Assembly: GCA_964106915.2 (NCBI GenBank)
Contig: OZ066914.1
Source: Podarcis gaigeae
Lineage: Eukaryota
Length of the DNA stretch: 64,000 nt
Direction: 5' to 3' (one strand)
Shown here: positions 13,440 to 25,381 of the stretch, one piece after another
Layout of the letters: each line of letters opens with the position of its first letter
Position numbering within the stretch: position 1 is the first letter of the stretch
Translations under genes and position numbers: made by a program
The notes under the pieces: generated by a model
The model's database searches: none
Told to the model about the DNA's origin: nothing
Seen by the model: the letters and a program-made list of their open reading frames with translations, nothing else

Positions 13440-15761
13440 TTTTGCATCAAAATATTTTTATTTTATTACGTTTATGCAACAAAATTAAAGAGGCGTTCTG
13501 TACAGCATATCACGTATACCTGAAATAAATGCTTAGGAGTACAAGGAAGAATTAAGAACTCAGCCTAGAACAACTGTAGTTAAATGTATCACGTTTAAAT
13601 CAGATGGAAGACCAGTGCGGTGGTGGGGTAGAGACACAGCAGAACTGCATGCTGCGGAAAAGATAAAAATATAACGAAGTGCTATGAAGTCATAATTATA
13701 GCCTCAGTTTATAGTTTTGGTTGAACGTTTGGGGCAATGCAAGCACGGAGGAAGAAAAAGTAGTAGTTAACTTTGTGACATAAACACCAAATCAACAAAG
13801 TAGAGGAAAACCACTGTATAAATAGAAAACATACTTTTAAGGAAGAACAATAGTTTTGCTTCAACCATCTGCCACATTGCAAAATTCTGCTTATGCGAGC
13901 AGCATCTCAACAATAAGCTTTCAATAGTGTATATGCAAGGCCTCAAGTAGTTGCGACATCCACTTCTTTGTTTAAAACCAGAGATACCTAAATAAAGAAA
14001 ACTGCTTTATCAGCTTCTTGAGATGGCAAGTGCTGTAACAACCTCCCCCAATCTAATGTCCTCCTAATGTTTTGAACTACAGCCCCCCATCACCCCTGAA
14101 CATTGGCCATGCTGGCTGGGGCTGACAGGAGTTGTAACCCAAAAGATCTGAAGACCAGCTTTGGCTGGATCCAGAAAGGCCCACAAGAGCACAGAAAGTG
14201 CTTCCACATATGCCTGGGGTGGTGGTGAGCGATTTTCATTTCTGGTGGCAACCCTCTAACTCCTCCACGGGGAAGAGCTGGGGCCAACTTTGTAAGGTCT
14301 GTGTGTGCACATGAAACACAGCACAGGAATCTATGAATGAATAGCATATATATGTCTGCAATGCTCAGGGGGAAAAGCTCCTCCATGGTGGCATCCGTCC
14401 CCTCTCTTTTAAACGCTAGAGGAATTACTCACAAAGAGTGAGCTTTTATTTGCAACTTCTTGGTTTAATTGCTAAGGGTGGATCGAATGTAATGCCAATT
14501 ATATGATTCTATCACAATGTAATGTTCTCCCCAGCATGCCCTCTAAATCTGTTCCAGGGGCTCTCCCCAACCCTCTGGAGCAGATTTGTGGAAGAAGAAT
14601 CTAGTTGCACGAGTGAAAATCCATGAACTGCTGCAGCATTGTACTTGAAAACCCCTCTATTTTTCTCAGCATTGTTGACCCATCACACTAAGCAGCAAAA
14701 AGTGCTGAACACTGACTCTTAATTAAGGTGTTTAATCACAGAGTGTGCAACCAGTAAGATATTTTGTTAAAATTCCTTGCATGTACAAAGCAAATAATCC
14801 TAACTCTAAAACTAGTAGGTGTAGTTAAAAAATTACAAATTTCTGATGAAAGACACCAGTTACTTAAAATGGTTTTCAATAGTTTTGAATTAAAAGGGTC
14901 ATGTTTAAAATTATGAACACATGAAAGAGGAAAATAGGAATTAGAGATATGGAAACGTGGAACCCACACATAATAGAAAAAAAATGAGACACGCCAGAAT
15001 TGTCTAGGAAGCAAGTAATGCGATATATCAGGAGAAGCAATAAACACCTTTTCAACCAAAAGCGAACAATTTTGTAATCAGTTTCAGAAATCTTAAACAT
15101 ACAAAGCTCATCACTGATAAGCATAAAAGAACACCAAAAACAGCAGCATACAGAGACCCAACCAGTTTGCAAGGGGCTAACACCATGAAAGTATTCATTG
15201 GAGTGGTAATAGAACTTCATAGTTTCAGAAGAATTGATAAACTTCATAGATATTTCTTGCTATAAACACTGAGCCAACTAGATCAATGTGTAAACCAGGG
15301 GTGGTCATTTAAGGAAAGCTGTCACAGTTTAAATTATAAAGAACACCTATAAGGCACTCTATTTTTCAGATAATATAGAAAAAAAATCATCTCCCGTAAC
15401 CTCTATCAACAAGTTTCTTCAGTTATTGACCAGAATGTGTTTGTGAATGCATGTATGTAAAACTTTTACAAACTATCCCCAAACCACTGAGAAGTGTGTC
15501 TTAAAGACAGAGGTTTTACAAAAATATATATACTGGAAATATAATTTCCAATATTTGTAAACATTTTTTTAAGAATCAAGAAACCTTAAGTATTCCTTGG
15601 ATTTCTTGCCAGCTAAATTGTGCATTTTAATTTTGAAGTAAAAATGCTTTATTTATTTTTTATTTTTTACAGTTAAGATGACTCTGCATAATTTAAGTTA
15701 AAGCTGGATAATTTTTAAGGAGATACAGTTCCCGTTTACAACATCTCCTAATTACCAGTAC
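13440..15761 (-). other. GALNT3: Probable GALNT3 3'UTR with alternative poly(A) signals
   Basis: Downstream of stop; minus-strand AATAAA/ATTAAA hexamers near 15650, 14731, 14446 and 13456-13466; true end uncertain. Confidence 0.45.
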
Positions 15762-15884
15762 TTAATTGTTTCGGCTAAAAATCCATTTTTGGAAGACGTC
15801 TGAGGGGTTACACGGCACCAAGCTTGGATGTTCTTTATTTCCTGTCAGGCACATCTTTAAGGCTGCGTTGTACAAAGACTGATC
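15762..15884 (-). CDS. GALNT3: GALNT3 exon 11 (ricin-B lectin C-terminus, stop)
   Basis: tttctag|[40 protein letters not shown] then TAA; 123 nt. Confidence 0.95.
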   Translation of the reverse strand, partial: DQSLYNAALKMCLTGNKEHPSLVPCNPSDVFQKWIFSRNN

Positions 15885-16288
15885 CTAGAAAAGTGGAGAG
15901 AGAGATGACACATTTTTATATTACTTTTTCTCCAAGGAGATTCGGGGGGGCGCGTGCCAGGACTACCCACTTTAACCTTACAACAATGCTGTGAAGTAGA
16001 TTGGTCATACAGTGGCTTATGCAGAATCACTCAGTAAACTTTGGAGCTGAGTGGGAATTTGATACTGGCTCTGCCCAATCCAAGTACGACAGGTGATTGT
16101 ACTATATCACACAGTCTCTCTAGTTCTGCCCATTAATCCAGCCAAGATTTTGTAGACATCATGCATACTTGGACAGACAAAATTCTATCAATGCTGACAA
16201 AGACTGATGATTCTGAAACAAATTCCCCAGTGCTGAAAGCGCAGCTATATTTACATCTTTGAATTTAGAGCCTGCTATATCCTAGAGA

Positions 16289-16654
16289 GGGGACGCAGGT
16301 GGCGCTGTGGGTTAAAGCCTCAGCACCTAGGACTTGCCGATCGAAAGGTCGGCGGTTCGAATCCCTGCGGCGGGGTGCGCTCCCGCTGCTCGGTCCCAGC
16401 GCCTGCCAACCTAAGCAGTTCGAAAGCACCTCCGGGTTCAAGTAGATAAATAGGGACCGCTTACCAGCGGGAAGGTAAACGGCGTTTCCGTGTGCGGCTC
16501 TGGCTCGCCAGATGCAGCTTTGTCACGCTGGCCACGTGACCCGGAAGTGTCTCCGGACAGCGCTGGCCCCCGGCCTCTTGAGTGAGATGGGCGCACCAAC
16601 CCCAGAGTCTGTCAAGACTGGCCCGTACGGGCAGGGGTACCTTTACCTTTACCT
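16289..16654 (+). mobile_element. Sauria SINE (subfamily 'B'), first of tandem pair
   Basis: Full head-to-ACCTTT tail; TSD TATATCCTAGAG at 16276-16287 and 16655-16666; near-identical to copy at 20679. Confidence 0.92.
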
Positions 16655-16670
16655 TATATCCTAGAGGCTT

Positions 16671-17006
16671 GGGACACGGGTGGCGCTGTGGGTTAAACCA
16701 CAGAGCCTAGGACTTGCTGATCAGAAGGTTGGTGGTTTGAATCCCCGTGAGGGGGTGAGCTCCCGTTGCTCGGTCCCTGCTTCTGCCAACCTAGCAGTTC
16801 GAAAGCACGTCAAAGTGCAAGTAGATAAATAGGTACCACTTCAGCGGGAAGGTAAATGGCGTTTCTGTGCCAGAAGCAGCTTAGTCATGCTGGCCACATG
16901 ACCCGGAAGCTGTACGCCGGCTCCCTCGGCCAATAAAGTGAGATGAGCGCCACAACCGCAGAGTCGGTCACGATTGGACCTAATGGTCAGGGGTCCCTTT
17001 ACCCTT
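16671..17006 (+). mobile_element. Sauria SINE (subfamily 'A'), second of tandem pair
   Basis: Full-length copy with small internal deletion; 16-bp TSD TATATCCTAGAGGCTT at 16655-16670 and 17007-17022. Confidence 0.92.
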
Positions 17007-17130
17007 TATATCCTAGAGGCTTACAGTGGGTTAAAGGTAGCTATATTTGATTTTTTTTTAAAAAAATGCTTCCCTTTAACATAATGGGTTCACTGTTCTA
17101 CAATGGTATCTAAAAACATGGCTGTAATAC

Positions 17131-17283
17131 CTCTCGGATCTCCCATTTCTCTTCTGGAGGGGTTCTGCTGTTCTTCCCTTTGTAGCCACAGTCATGAAGT
17201 TGTGCTTCTCCTGATAAAGCATGCAGGCACAACTCTTTCTGGATGTTGTGTCTAATTTCATGATGTGCAGAATATTCAAAGTA
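17131..17283 (-). CDS. GALNT3: GALNT3 exon 10
   Basis: [37 protein letters not shown]...KWEIRE; AG/GT boundaries; 153 nt. Confidence 0.95.
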
Positions 17284-19089
17284 CTATATAAAGAAACAAT
17301 TCAGTCAGGGAAGTATTACCCAAAACCATACAAATTCACGGCGTCCCTTTGAACTCCAGATTAATGCTTACAGAACAACTTGAATTTTGCAGGTGGAGTG
17401 CTTTATACACAATGCCTAAATCATGACAAGGGCAGGTCACTAAAAATAGTAGGGTGAAAATGGAAATATTTTAGTTTCCCTTTTGTCTCCTACTCAGAGA
17501 CAAGGCAGGAGAGATAGCTATGTGGCAGATTCCCAATGAAACCAATTTGTACAGAGCAGATCCCAGAGCTGCTTGGGAAGGTAGGAGGCTCTCTGGAACA
17601 ATGTAGGAAGTTGCACTGGAGCCTGCAGGGAGAATTGGTGAAAACTGCCTTCCCCTCCCTTATTCTAGAGGAGCAGCTTCCGCTTGACTCTGGTCCCTTC
17701 TATGAACAGAGTAGCCTTTCCATTCATGAAAGAGACATTCTGGATCTAACCCAGAATTAGTATGAAAAGTCTGTGCAATGTCTAAGGATCCTAAAACTCT
17801 AGCAATTGAAAGGTGCTAACCACTCAAAGTTAAGCACTTTTAAAGCCACACTGATTTCAGTGCTTAACTTTGGCAAGATCATATCCAAGGCATCTATCAA
17901 TTGCAAGGGGTAGAAGCAGCTGTCTGGCCATAGTGTGCCAGCACTGCCTTAACAGTATAAGTGAAATGTCTTCCATTGGCATGGCACCCTTGCCAACACT
18001 GATGTAGACCAGGCAATAATAACACTTGCAATATGCCCTGGACCTCCTTTGGGAGGATTGGTGGGATGAATATATCTGCTATTAAACGAATATAAGATAC
18101 CAGATTGTTCTTCTCTTCCTGTATCAAACTGATAGTATGAAATTCAAAAACAAATACTATTTAATAGAAGAGACCATTGAGTGGTTACTAGGTAACCACC
18201 AAGGAATCAAACAATGGAATTACTATCCACATCTTTTCTATTTGCCACTACAGTACTTTTTACGATAGGGTAATTTACATAAAAATGGAGGTTTTTTTAT
18301 TGAATGAAATTAACTATGATTTGCAATGCCTAGTTACATTTCCAGAGGTGCTACATTTAAGGGATGCAATATGTTCTGAACCATCTCTGCTCCACAAGTT
18401 GTGCACCGAGAAGTGTTTGTTAGAAGTTCAGCCATCTAGGAATGTAACATAGGCTCAAAATGGTAGGTGGTTTTAGCATAGGGAAGACCACTCTAACCTC
18501 CCAGCATGAGGCTGTAAGTATGGCAGGACAGATGACACAGGCCTGGTTGCTTAGTCACCCACTGGTTTCCTCCTTGACAGCAAAAGTTCTAAAGACAAAG
18601 GAAAAAGCAGCAGAAGAAAGAGGGAGGGAAAGAGTAAAGATTATTAAGTTTACAATGCAGAAATGAAGAGTGTTCCCGCAGAATAGATCAGAAGCAGACA
18701 AAAAGCTGAAAGGGAGATGAAGAGTGCATGGCAGAGACAGTCAGGGAACTAGTGTAACCAAGCCAGTATATAGCATTATGGAAGTCATCCAAGTTATTAG
18801 TGTGAGGTTATAAAAGATGTGGACTCTGCAGAGGAAGGAGACTCAAATTGAGAGTTGGTCTTCACTTTGGGTTCCACTGCATCTATGCCAATGGTAGGCT
18901 ACTCTCCCCAACACAATGCCCTCTTTTTATACTGAATACCTTAAATGAGAGACATGCTTACAATATACACACTCAAACAGGAACATAAAGAACATCAAGG
19001 TTCCCAAATAAAACAGTGATTACACAGTAACTTCTAACCATAGGGATGGCTCCAAATTTGGTGCTGCCCTTGGAGAGCTCCTTGCTCTT

Positions 19090-19525
19090 TATAACACAAT
19101 GCAGTAATCTAACCCTGAGGTTACCAGAGCACAGACAACAGTAGTTAGGCTATCCCTGTCCAGGTAGGGGCGTAGCTGGGCCACCAGCCAAAGCTGATGG
19201 AAGGCATTCCGGGCCACTGAGGCCATCTGAGCCTCAAGCGACAGCAAAGGATCTAGGCGTACCCTCAAGCTACGAACCTGCTCCTTCAGAGGAAGTGTAA
19301 CCCCATCAAGAGCAATCTCCTACCCATCCGGTCTAGGGAACCACTCACTAACAGGGCCTCACTCTTATCTGGATTGAGTTTCAGTTTGTTGGCTCTCATC
19401 CAGTCCATTACTTCCACTGCCTCACCTGCAGATGTAAAGGAGAACTAGAGCTAAGTGTCATCAGCATACTGCTGACAACTTACTCCAAACCTCCAGATAA
19501 CCCCACCTAGTGGTTTCATGTAGAT
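19090..19525 (-). mobile_element. Degenerate L2-like LINE reverse-transcriptase fragment
   Basis: Minus strand encodes CQQYADDT (YADD RT motif at 19457-19468) and LNPDK-like downstream motif; boundaries approximate. Confidence 0.65.
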
Positions 19526-19624
19526 ATTCTAGGCATGAGACCCTGATAAATTTAAAACATGCTCTGAAAACACATTGCTGTGCTTATCTGAACAGTTACA
19601 TAAAAACCGAATGCAACATTTTAC

Positions 19625-19726
19625 CTGGTTTCCTCCAAGCCCGTGACATGTATACATAATCAATGGCTTGCCACCATTATTATTTTCTCCAGCATCCAGG
19701 CATGTTCTTCTCCCAACATTTTTTAA
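19625..19726 (-). CDS. GALNT3: GALNT3 exon 9
   Basis: [34 protein letters not shown] (lectin alpha repeat, CLD); 102 nt. Confidence 0.95.
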
Positions 19727-19827
19727 CTAAGGAATGTAAAAAAATGGAAATGTAAGTACAGAATAGCATAGTTAAATCCTCTACACATTTGCTTTACTTC
19801 TTCTTGTAAAAGGAAAAGCATACTCAC

Positions 19828-19959
19828 AAATCCATATAATGGAGGATTCAAGTCTGGTACATATGCCTCAGGATAAACATTGCTAAGGTACCATGTAAAG
19901 TTTTTACATTGTAATTGTTGCCTTAGCTCATATCTTTTTGAGAGGTCACCAAAGGTTTT
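19828..19959 (-). CDS. GALNT3: GALNT3 exon 8
   Basis: [44 protein letters not shown]; 132 nt. Confidence 0.95.
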
Positions 19960-20678
19960 CTGTTGAAACAATACTAAACAGTGTTATAACAAAACCAAAT
20001 CACAAATAATACTTTTTACTAAAAGTAAACACAGAGGGAATTTGTAAATTAATTCAGTTAAACAAGCTTTAAAGTATCTTTTAATAATGAAAATAGAGGT
20101 TGGAGGTCCATTTAGAAGCCACTCAACTTCTTGCAGCCCTCAACACATTTCCTGTAATCATTATACGTTCTGATCAAATTATCCTTTTTCATATATCCCC
20201 AAAGAATCAGAAGTGGAGCAAGAAACACCACTTACCCAATAATGGTGGCCGCAACCCAATAATTCCTTTTCTCTCTCTCTCTTATATAAATAAGTAAATA
20301 ACTGACATAAACTTATAGAGCCAGGAATACACACAAGCACACTTGAGATGCAAATCTACATTATCCTTTGCCATCCATTTTTAAAATCACTAACTTTAAT
20401 TTTCTCCCTAAACAACTGGCCAACTTGGGGTCTTTGAGGTTATCAAATGTTGTTAATTCCGTATTTACATTTAACATGACATAAGAAAAGCCTACTGTCT
20501 AGGTTCAGCAGCCAATTTGATGCCTATGTGAAGCACGTAAGCAAAATCTGAGTGCAATAGCCCTCTCCCCATTTGTGACTCCGGCATTCAGATGTATACT
20601 GCCATTGACTGTAGAGGCAGAACACAGCCTTATACTCTGTGCATTTGTTTTTTTAAAGTCATCCAAGCTGTTTGCCAA

Positions 20679-21041
20679 GGGACGCAGGTGGCGCTGTGGG
20701 TTAAAGCCTCAGCGCCTAGGACTTGCCGATCGAAAGGTCGGCGGTTTGAATCCCTGCTGCGGGGTGCGCTCCCGCTGCTCGGTCCCAGCGCCTGCCAACC
20801 TAGCAGTTCAAAAGCACCTCCGGGTGCAAGTAGATAAATAGGGACCGCTTACCAGCGGGAAGGTAAACGGCGTTCCGTGTGCTGCGCTGGCTCGCCAGAT
20901 GCAGCTTGTCACGCTGGCCACGTGACCCGGAAGTGTCTCCGGACAGCGCTGGCCCCTGGCCTCTTAAGTGAGATGGGCGCACAACCCCAGAGTCTGTCAA
21001 GACTGGCCCGTACGGGCAGGGGTATCTTTACCTTTACCTTT
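20679..21041 (+). mobile_element. Sauria SINE (subfamily 'B'), young
   Basis: Full length; perfect 13-bp TSD AAGCTGTTTGCCA at 20665-20677 and 21042-21054. Confidence 0.92.
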
Positions 21042-21468
21042 AAGCTGTTTGCCATCATTGCATCTTACAGATACTGCCTGGTACTAGCCTTCTAATATTT
21101 ATCCTAGTTGGCTAATATTGCTTTAGCAAAATCAAGATTCTTTTTTAGTCATTCTGTTTGACTTCACATATATTAATCAACTGAATGTTAAAGAGAATTA
21201 TTGAGAAAGATCCCCCTCATTCCTCCTAGAAGTTGGTGGATGCAATTAACGGCACTACTCTAGTTCAAAGAGCTTCGGGGAGGTATTGTATAAAAGATTA
21301 AATGAAGAGGTAATGGGCACTACTGAATCTATTCAATATATTGCCAAGCAGAGCAAATTGAATAAAGAGTGCCTACTACGTTTATATATTTTCACAATAA
21401 ATAATTTTTGCTCACCAAGAACTTCAGTGCAGCAACTGATTTCTAATACCACCACCATCGTCACCTAC

Positions 21469-21669
21469 TTGTTTAACTATTTTTGTTGCTTCTGTGTTTC
21501 TCCGGTAAAATATATACTTATATTCATCCATCCATACTTCTGCAAGACGAACTTGATTACGGGTGATCACTTGAGTCCCTTTTGGAAAGGTATGGGGGCT
21601 CTTGCTGCGAAATACATGGCCCACAACTGAGCAAGGTATGATTTCCAGCTGACCCCCACATTGCCACAC
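21469..21669 (-). CDS. GALNT3: GALNT3 exon 7
   Basis: [31 protein letters not shown]...ATKIVKQ; 201 nt. Confidence 0.96.
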
Positions 21670-22415
21670 CTGAAAAATAACAGTTTCACTTATCAGCCTT
21701 TAACAGAATACTAGATAGCAGGTAATATTGCTCTAGAAGCATTTGTATAAAAATGCTTTCTGAAATCAAACCCTGTCTACCTACATGCAAGAGGGAAAGA
21801 AAACATTTCTTTCTTAAGTAAGGTATTTTTGCAATACTGATGCACCAACCAAGCACCTGACACCACTCTACTAGGGATGGGGAGAGATCCAATTCAGCCC
21901 ACATTTAAATATGAATCTACCCATTTTCCATTTTCCAAAACAATATGCAAACTGAAACACAGGCATTATTCAAAATTCACATTTACAGGCGTCCGTACCC
22001 CCCGCACTTACACACAATCAACTCGCGCACAACTGTGCATATGTGTGGCGCCAGGAAATAAATAAGTACAGGAGGACACTATTTCACGTGGGGGTTCCGT
22101 TCCTGGCCCCTGTGGGCATCAGCGAAGTGTGTATATGCATGCCCCGCCCTGTTACAGTCCGTTTTCATGAGGATATTAAAAAATCAATCAATCACAAATT
22201 GTTCCAAAATGTTGAGGGAAAAAATTTACGGCTGGAAAACTGAGGACTGAAATGGACAGATCCTTCCATCCCTAAACAATAGTAGTTTTTCCCTCCAGGT
22301 TATCATTAGCCTAAGATCAACCTCATCTGGTCTCCTACTTTTATAGGCAGCAACTGAAATGAAACAGAGGTTTTGTCATTGCACCTTCACGTGAATATTG
22401 TGTCTCTAAACTTAC

Positions 22416-22533
22416 TCGGAAAGACATTTCTATATTTTCTCCTCCCCATATTTCCATTTCTTCATCATAGCTTCCAACTTTGTAAAAGTAGTCCTTTGAT
22501 ATTGAAAAGAGGCCTCCTGCAAAAGTGGGTGTT
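22416..22533 (-). CDS. GALNT3: GALNT3 exon 6 (Gal/GalNAc-T motif WGGEN)
   Basis: Read by hand (ORF track shows a wrong frame): [39 protein letters not shown]; tttgcag| and |gtaag; 118 nt. Confidence 0.96.
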
Positions 22534-23578
22534 CTGCAAAAAAGATAAGGGGGCGGGGGGAATAATCTTTCATGAAGCTAACAATTTCCCAATCTGGAGG
22601 AAACCTGTTATTTTTCTTTTTAAGATCCCAAAGCCCATCCCTCTTCAGGAAAGCCTGATAAATGGACAATCAAGACTTTATGAATATCAGCAAAGGCAAA
22701 CAGCCAACAGCAGAGGGAAACCCATTAGTGAAAATGTTTGGCTACTATTTGGGCTTTGTAGAGAAGCTACTACCATGAGTTATATGCACATTAGTATCCA
22801 TTTCAAAGCCAGAACAATAAAATAGTCAACAACTGTCCTGGGAAGAAATTGCTTCTGAAATATGACTTGTGCAGTAGTTGTATTACTACAATGAAACAGT
22901 GCGATTTGGGGCAGGGGGAGGGATTGCTCAACTCAACTGAAAAGGGGGGGGGGGGAGGAAATGTGCCCTAGTTTTAATCAGCCATTTTATATGCCCCACC
23001 TCCATTTCTAAGGTAAATTTCAATGAAATCAAGGAGCTATATGTAAATTGCATTCTGTAATGGTGCAGAAATTCTACACCTGAAGCAACAAGCAGCTTTA
23101 ATCAGGGATGCCAACTTTTCTCTTACAGTCTCTTTCTGCCTCCAACAGCTGCATTGCTCAACCAGTTCAGATGTTCCCATCATCCTACCTTCAAAGCCAA
23201 GGATGCCATCACTCGGGCTTTTGTTATAGCAAACCTCAGCCAAAAAAGCAACATTAGCATCCATAGCATTCTCAGCATTTAAAATTCAACTGATGGCTTT
23301 TTATATACATACAACTCTTCTACTGATAGAGCTTATTTGAGGTGGTTCAGGTCCTACTAAAGCTTAAAATTTCAAGAGTTATTTGAAAAAAATGTTTAAA
23401 ACCTGAAGTACCAGGTGAAAAGAATACAAGATGTAGAAGACAGAGCCTCTCTGATCCTTCTGCAATTCTTTTTCTCTTTTAACCAAAATGAAAAAAAAGT
23501 TACATGTGAATTATTCTTTGGAACAATATTTTCAAGTAAAGATTTTGTAAATGGGAAAAAAAAAGTTTCATTGCTTAC

Positions 23579-23813
23579 TTAATAGGGTATGTTTCATCTT
23601 TCCTTCTCTTCCCTTCATGTTCAGGAAGAGATTCCCATCCAAACGACAAACTCCAGTCAAAATTCCCTCTATTATGGTTTTGACCATAAGGGGAAGGTTT
23701 CATAAATTCAAATGTATTTAGATCTATAGATGAAATATCAGGGCTTACAACACGAGTATTGTTTTCAGCTATTCTGGCCAACAATGGCTCTAGCCAGCCA
23801 TAGAAACATTCAC
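23579..23813 (-). CDS. GALNT3: GALNT3 exon 5
   Basis: [36 protein letters not shown]...[13 protein letters not shown]...DETYPIK; 235 nt. Confidence 0.96.
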
Positions 23814-23968
23814 CTGAGAGAGGAAACAGGAGGTAAAATAATGAATATAATGCTGGATTTATCCACTTTCATAAAAGCAGTTACAGAAACATTTTAATTT
23901 CACTTAGGCTGTGATCCTATGCACATTTATTTGGCAGCAAGTCCCACTGAATTTACTTACTTCTGAGT

Positions 23969-24338
23969 AAGGTAAAGGTAAAGGACCCCTGGATGGTTAA
24001 GTCCAGTCGAATCTGACTATGGGGTGAGGCGCTCATCTCCACTTTCAGGCCAAGGGAGCAGGACTTTGTCTGCAGACAGCTTTCTGGGTCATGTGGCCAG
24101 CATTACTAAACCTCTTCTGGCACAATGGGACACCGTGACTAAAGCCAGAGTGCATGGAAACGCTGTTTACTTTCCTGCCGCAACAGTACCAATTTATCTA
24201 CTTGCACTGGAATGCTTTCAAACTGCTAGGTTGGCAGGAGCTGGGACAGAGCAACATCGAGCAGATTCAAACTGCCGACCTTGCAATCAACAAGCCCAAG
24301 AGGCTTGGTGGTTTAGACCACAGTGCCACCCATGTCTC
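23969..24338 (-). mobile_element. Sauria SINE (older subfamily 'C') nested in a small palindromic repeat
   Basis: AAGGTAAAGGTAAAGG tail on plus strand, head at about 24335; imperfect TSD ACTT(C)TGAGTA. Confidence 0.85.
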
Positions 24339-24789
24339 ACTTGAGTAGACCTACATAGGATTGCTGTTATTTTAAAAAATCCACATGTGTGCTGGAAATA
24401 TTGTTAGCTTACAGATACCTGCTATGAAATATCACATACATGATCAAATGAAAAATATGGCTAGCACGAAATGAAAATGAACTTTGATTTTTCCCATCCT
24501 AAACCTCAGTCCGAAACACAAATTAGATATTTTAAAAATGGACTAGCTTTGGCTTTCTCCCAAGATTCATGTGCATTTGTGTAAAAGCTGTCCTTAGCTT
24601 AAATAAATAGTTTTTCTGCAATCAGTTCCATGTTTTTAAAACCTGTGCATTTTCAACAGCAATGCTTCTATAGTGTTATTTGTTAGAAAAACAGTTAAAA
24701 CAGGACAAGGAAAAAATCAATATGAAAAGGAAATTCTTTAATATTTGTTAGCTAATTAAACACTATTACAGTCCAACACTATTACTTAC

Positions 24790-24939
24790 AGTGTGCATCC
24801 AAAAAAGTGAGGGTTTCTCCAGTTGCTATTGAAGCACCTAATAATCGAGCAGTGATGAGCCCCTTTCTTTCCTTTTGTCGTACAACTTTAACTATCTGGA
24901 ATTGTTTCACATAATCATCCAATTTATCCTGCAAGTATT
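24790..24939 (-). CDS. GALNT3: GALNT3 exon 4 (DxH metal-binding motif)
   Basis: [51 protein letters not shown]; 150 nt. Confidence 0.96.
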
Positions 24940-25237
24940 CTAAAAAGACAACAAGACAGTCTTTGCCAATTTAATAAAAGGCAAATGTTAAGTTCACTTT
25001 TCATAACTAGCCACTCAGTAAGAGGAAAGTCAAAATACATTTATTCTGAAATGCCTGTACTGTAGTTTCAGCTTGAAGGGACAAGAGCATCTGCTTTTAT
25101 TGAAGAATGGGGGAAGGGAGATACGACCCCAAACACACCAGGAACTAGAATTTGGGGGGAAATGCAATTTCTAGTACAAAGCAGTAAAAAAAATAGTTAT
25201 GTACAAAGATGAATTTGCCAAGTCATCATATCTTCTT

Positions 25238-25381
25238 GACAGCTCAGTTGGTTAGAGCGTGGTGCTGATTATTGCCAAGGTTGCAGGTTTCATCCCCATA
25301 CAGGACAGCTGCATATTCTGCATTGCAGGGGGGTGGACTAGATGATTTGCAGGGTCCCTTCCAACTCCACTTCTATGATAA
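25238..25381 (+). mobile_element. tRNA(Ile)-derived SINE with CR1-like 3' tail
   Basis: AGCTCAGTTGGTTAGAGCGTGGTGCTGAT...GCCAAGGTTGCAGGTT..ATCCCC resembles tRNA-Ile(AAT); tail GGACTAGATGA...GGTCCCTTCCAACTC...TTCTATGAT resembles a CR1 3' end. Confidence 0.8.

Noticed and set aside
22373-22825. 150-aa plus-strand ORF, and apparent absence of GALNT3 exon 6 from the ORF track
   Set aside because: Exon 6 is present and intact at 22416-22533 on the minus strand; the plus ORF is an antisense shadow
25238-25310. Functional tRNA-Ile gene
   Set aside because: Acceptor stem missing, anticodon loop and B box mutated, and it runs directly into a CR1-like tail, so it is a SINE
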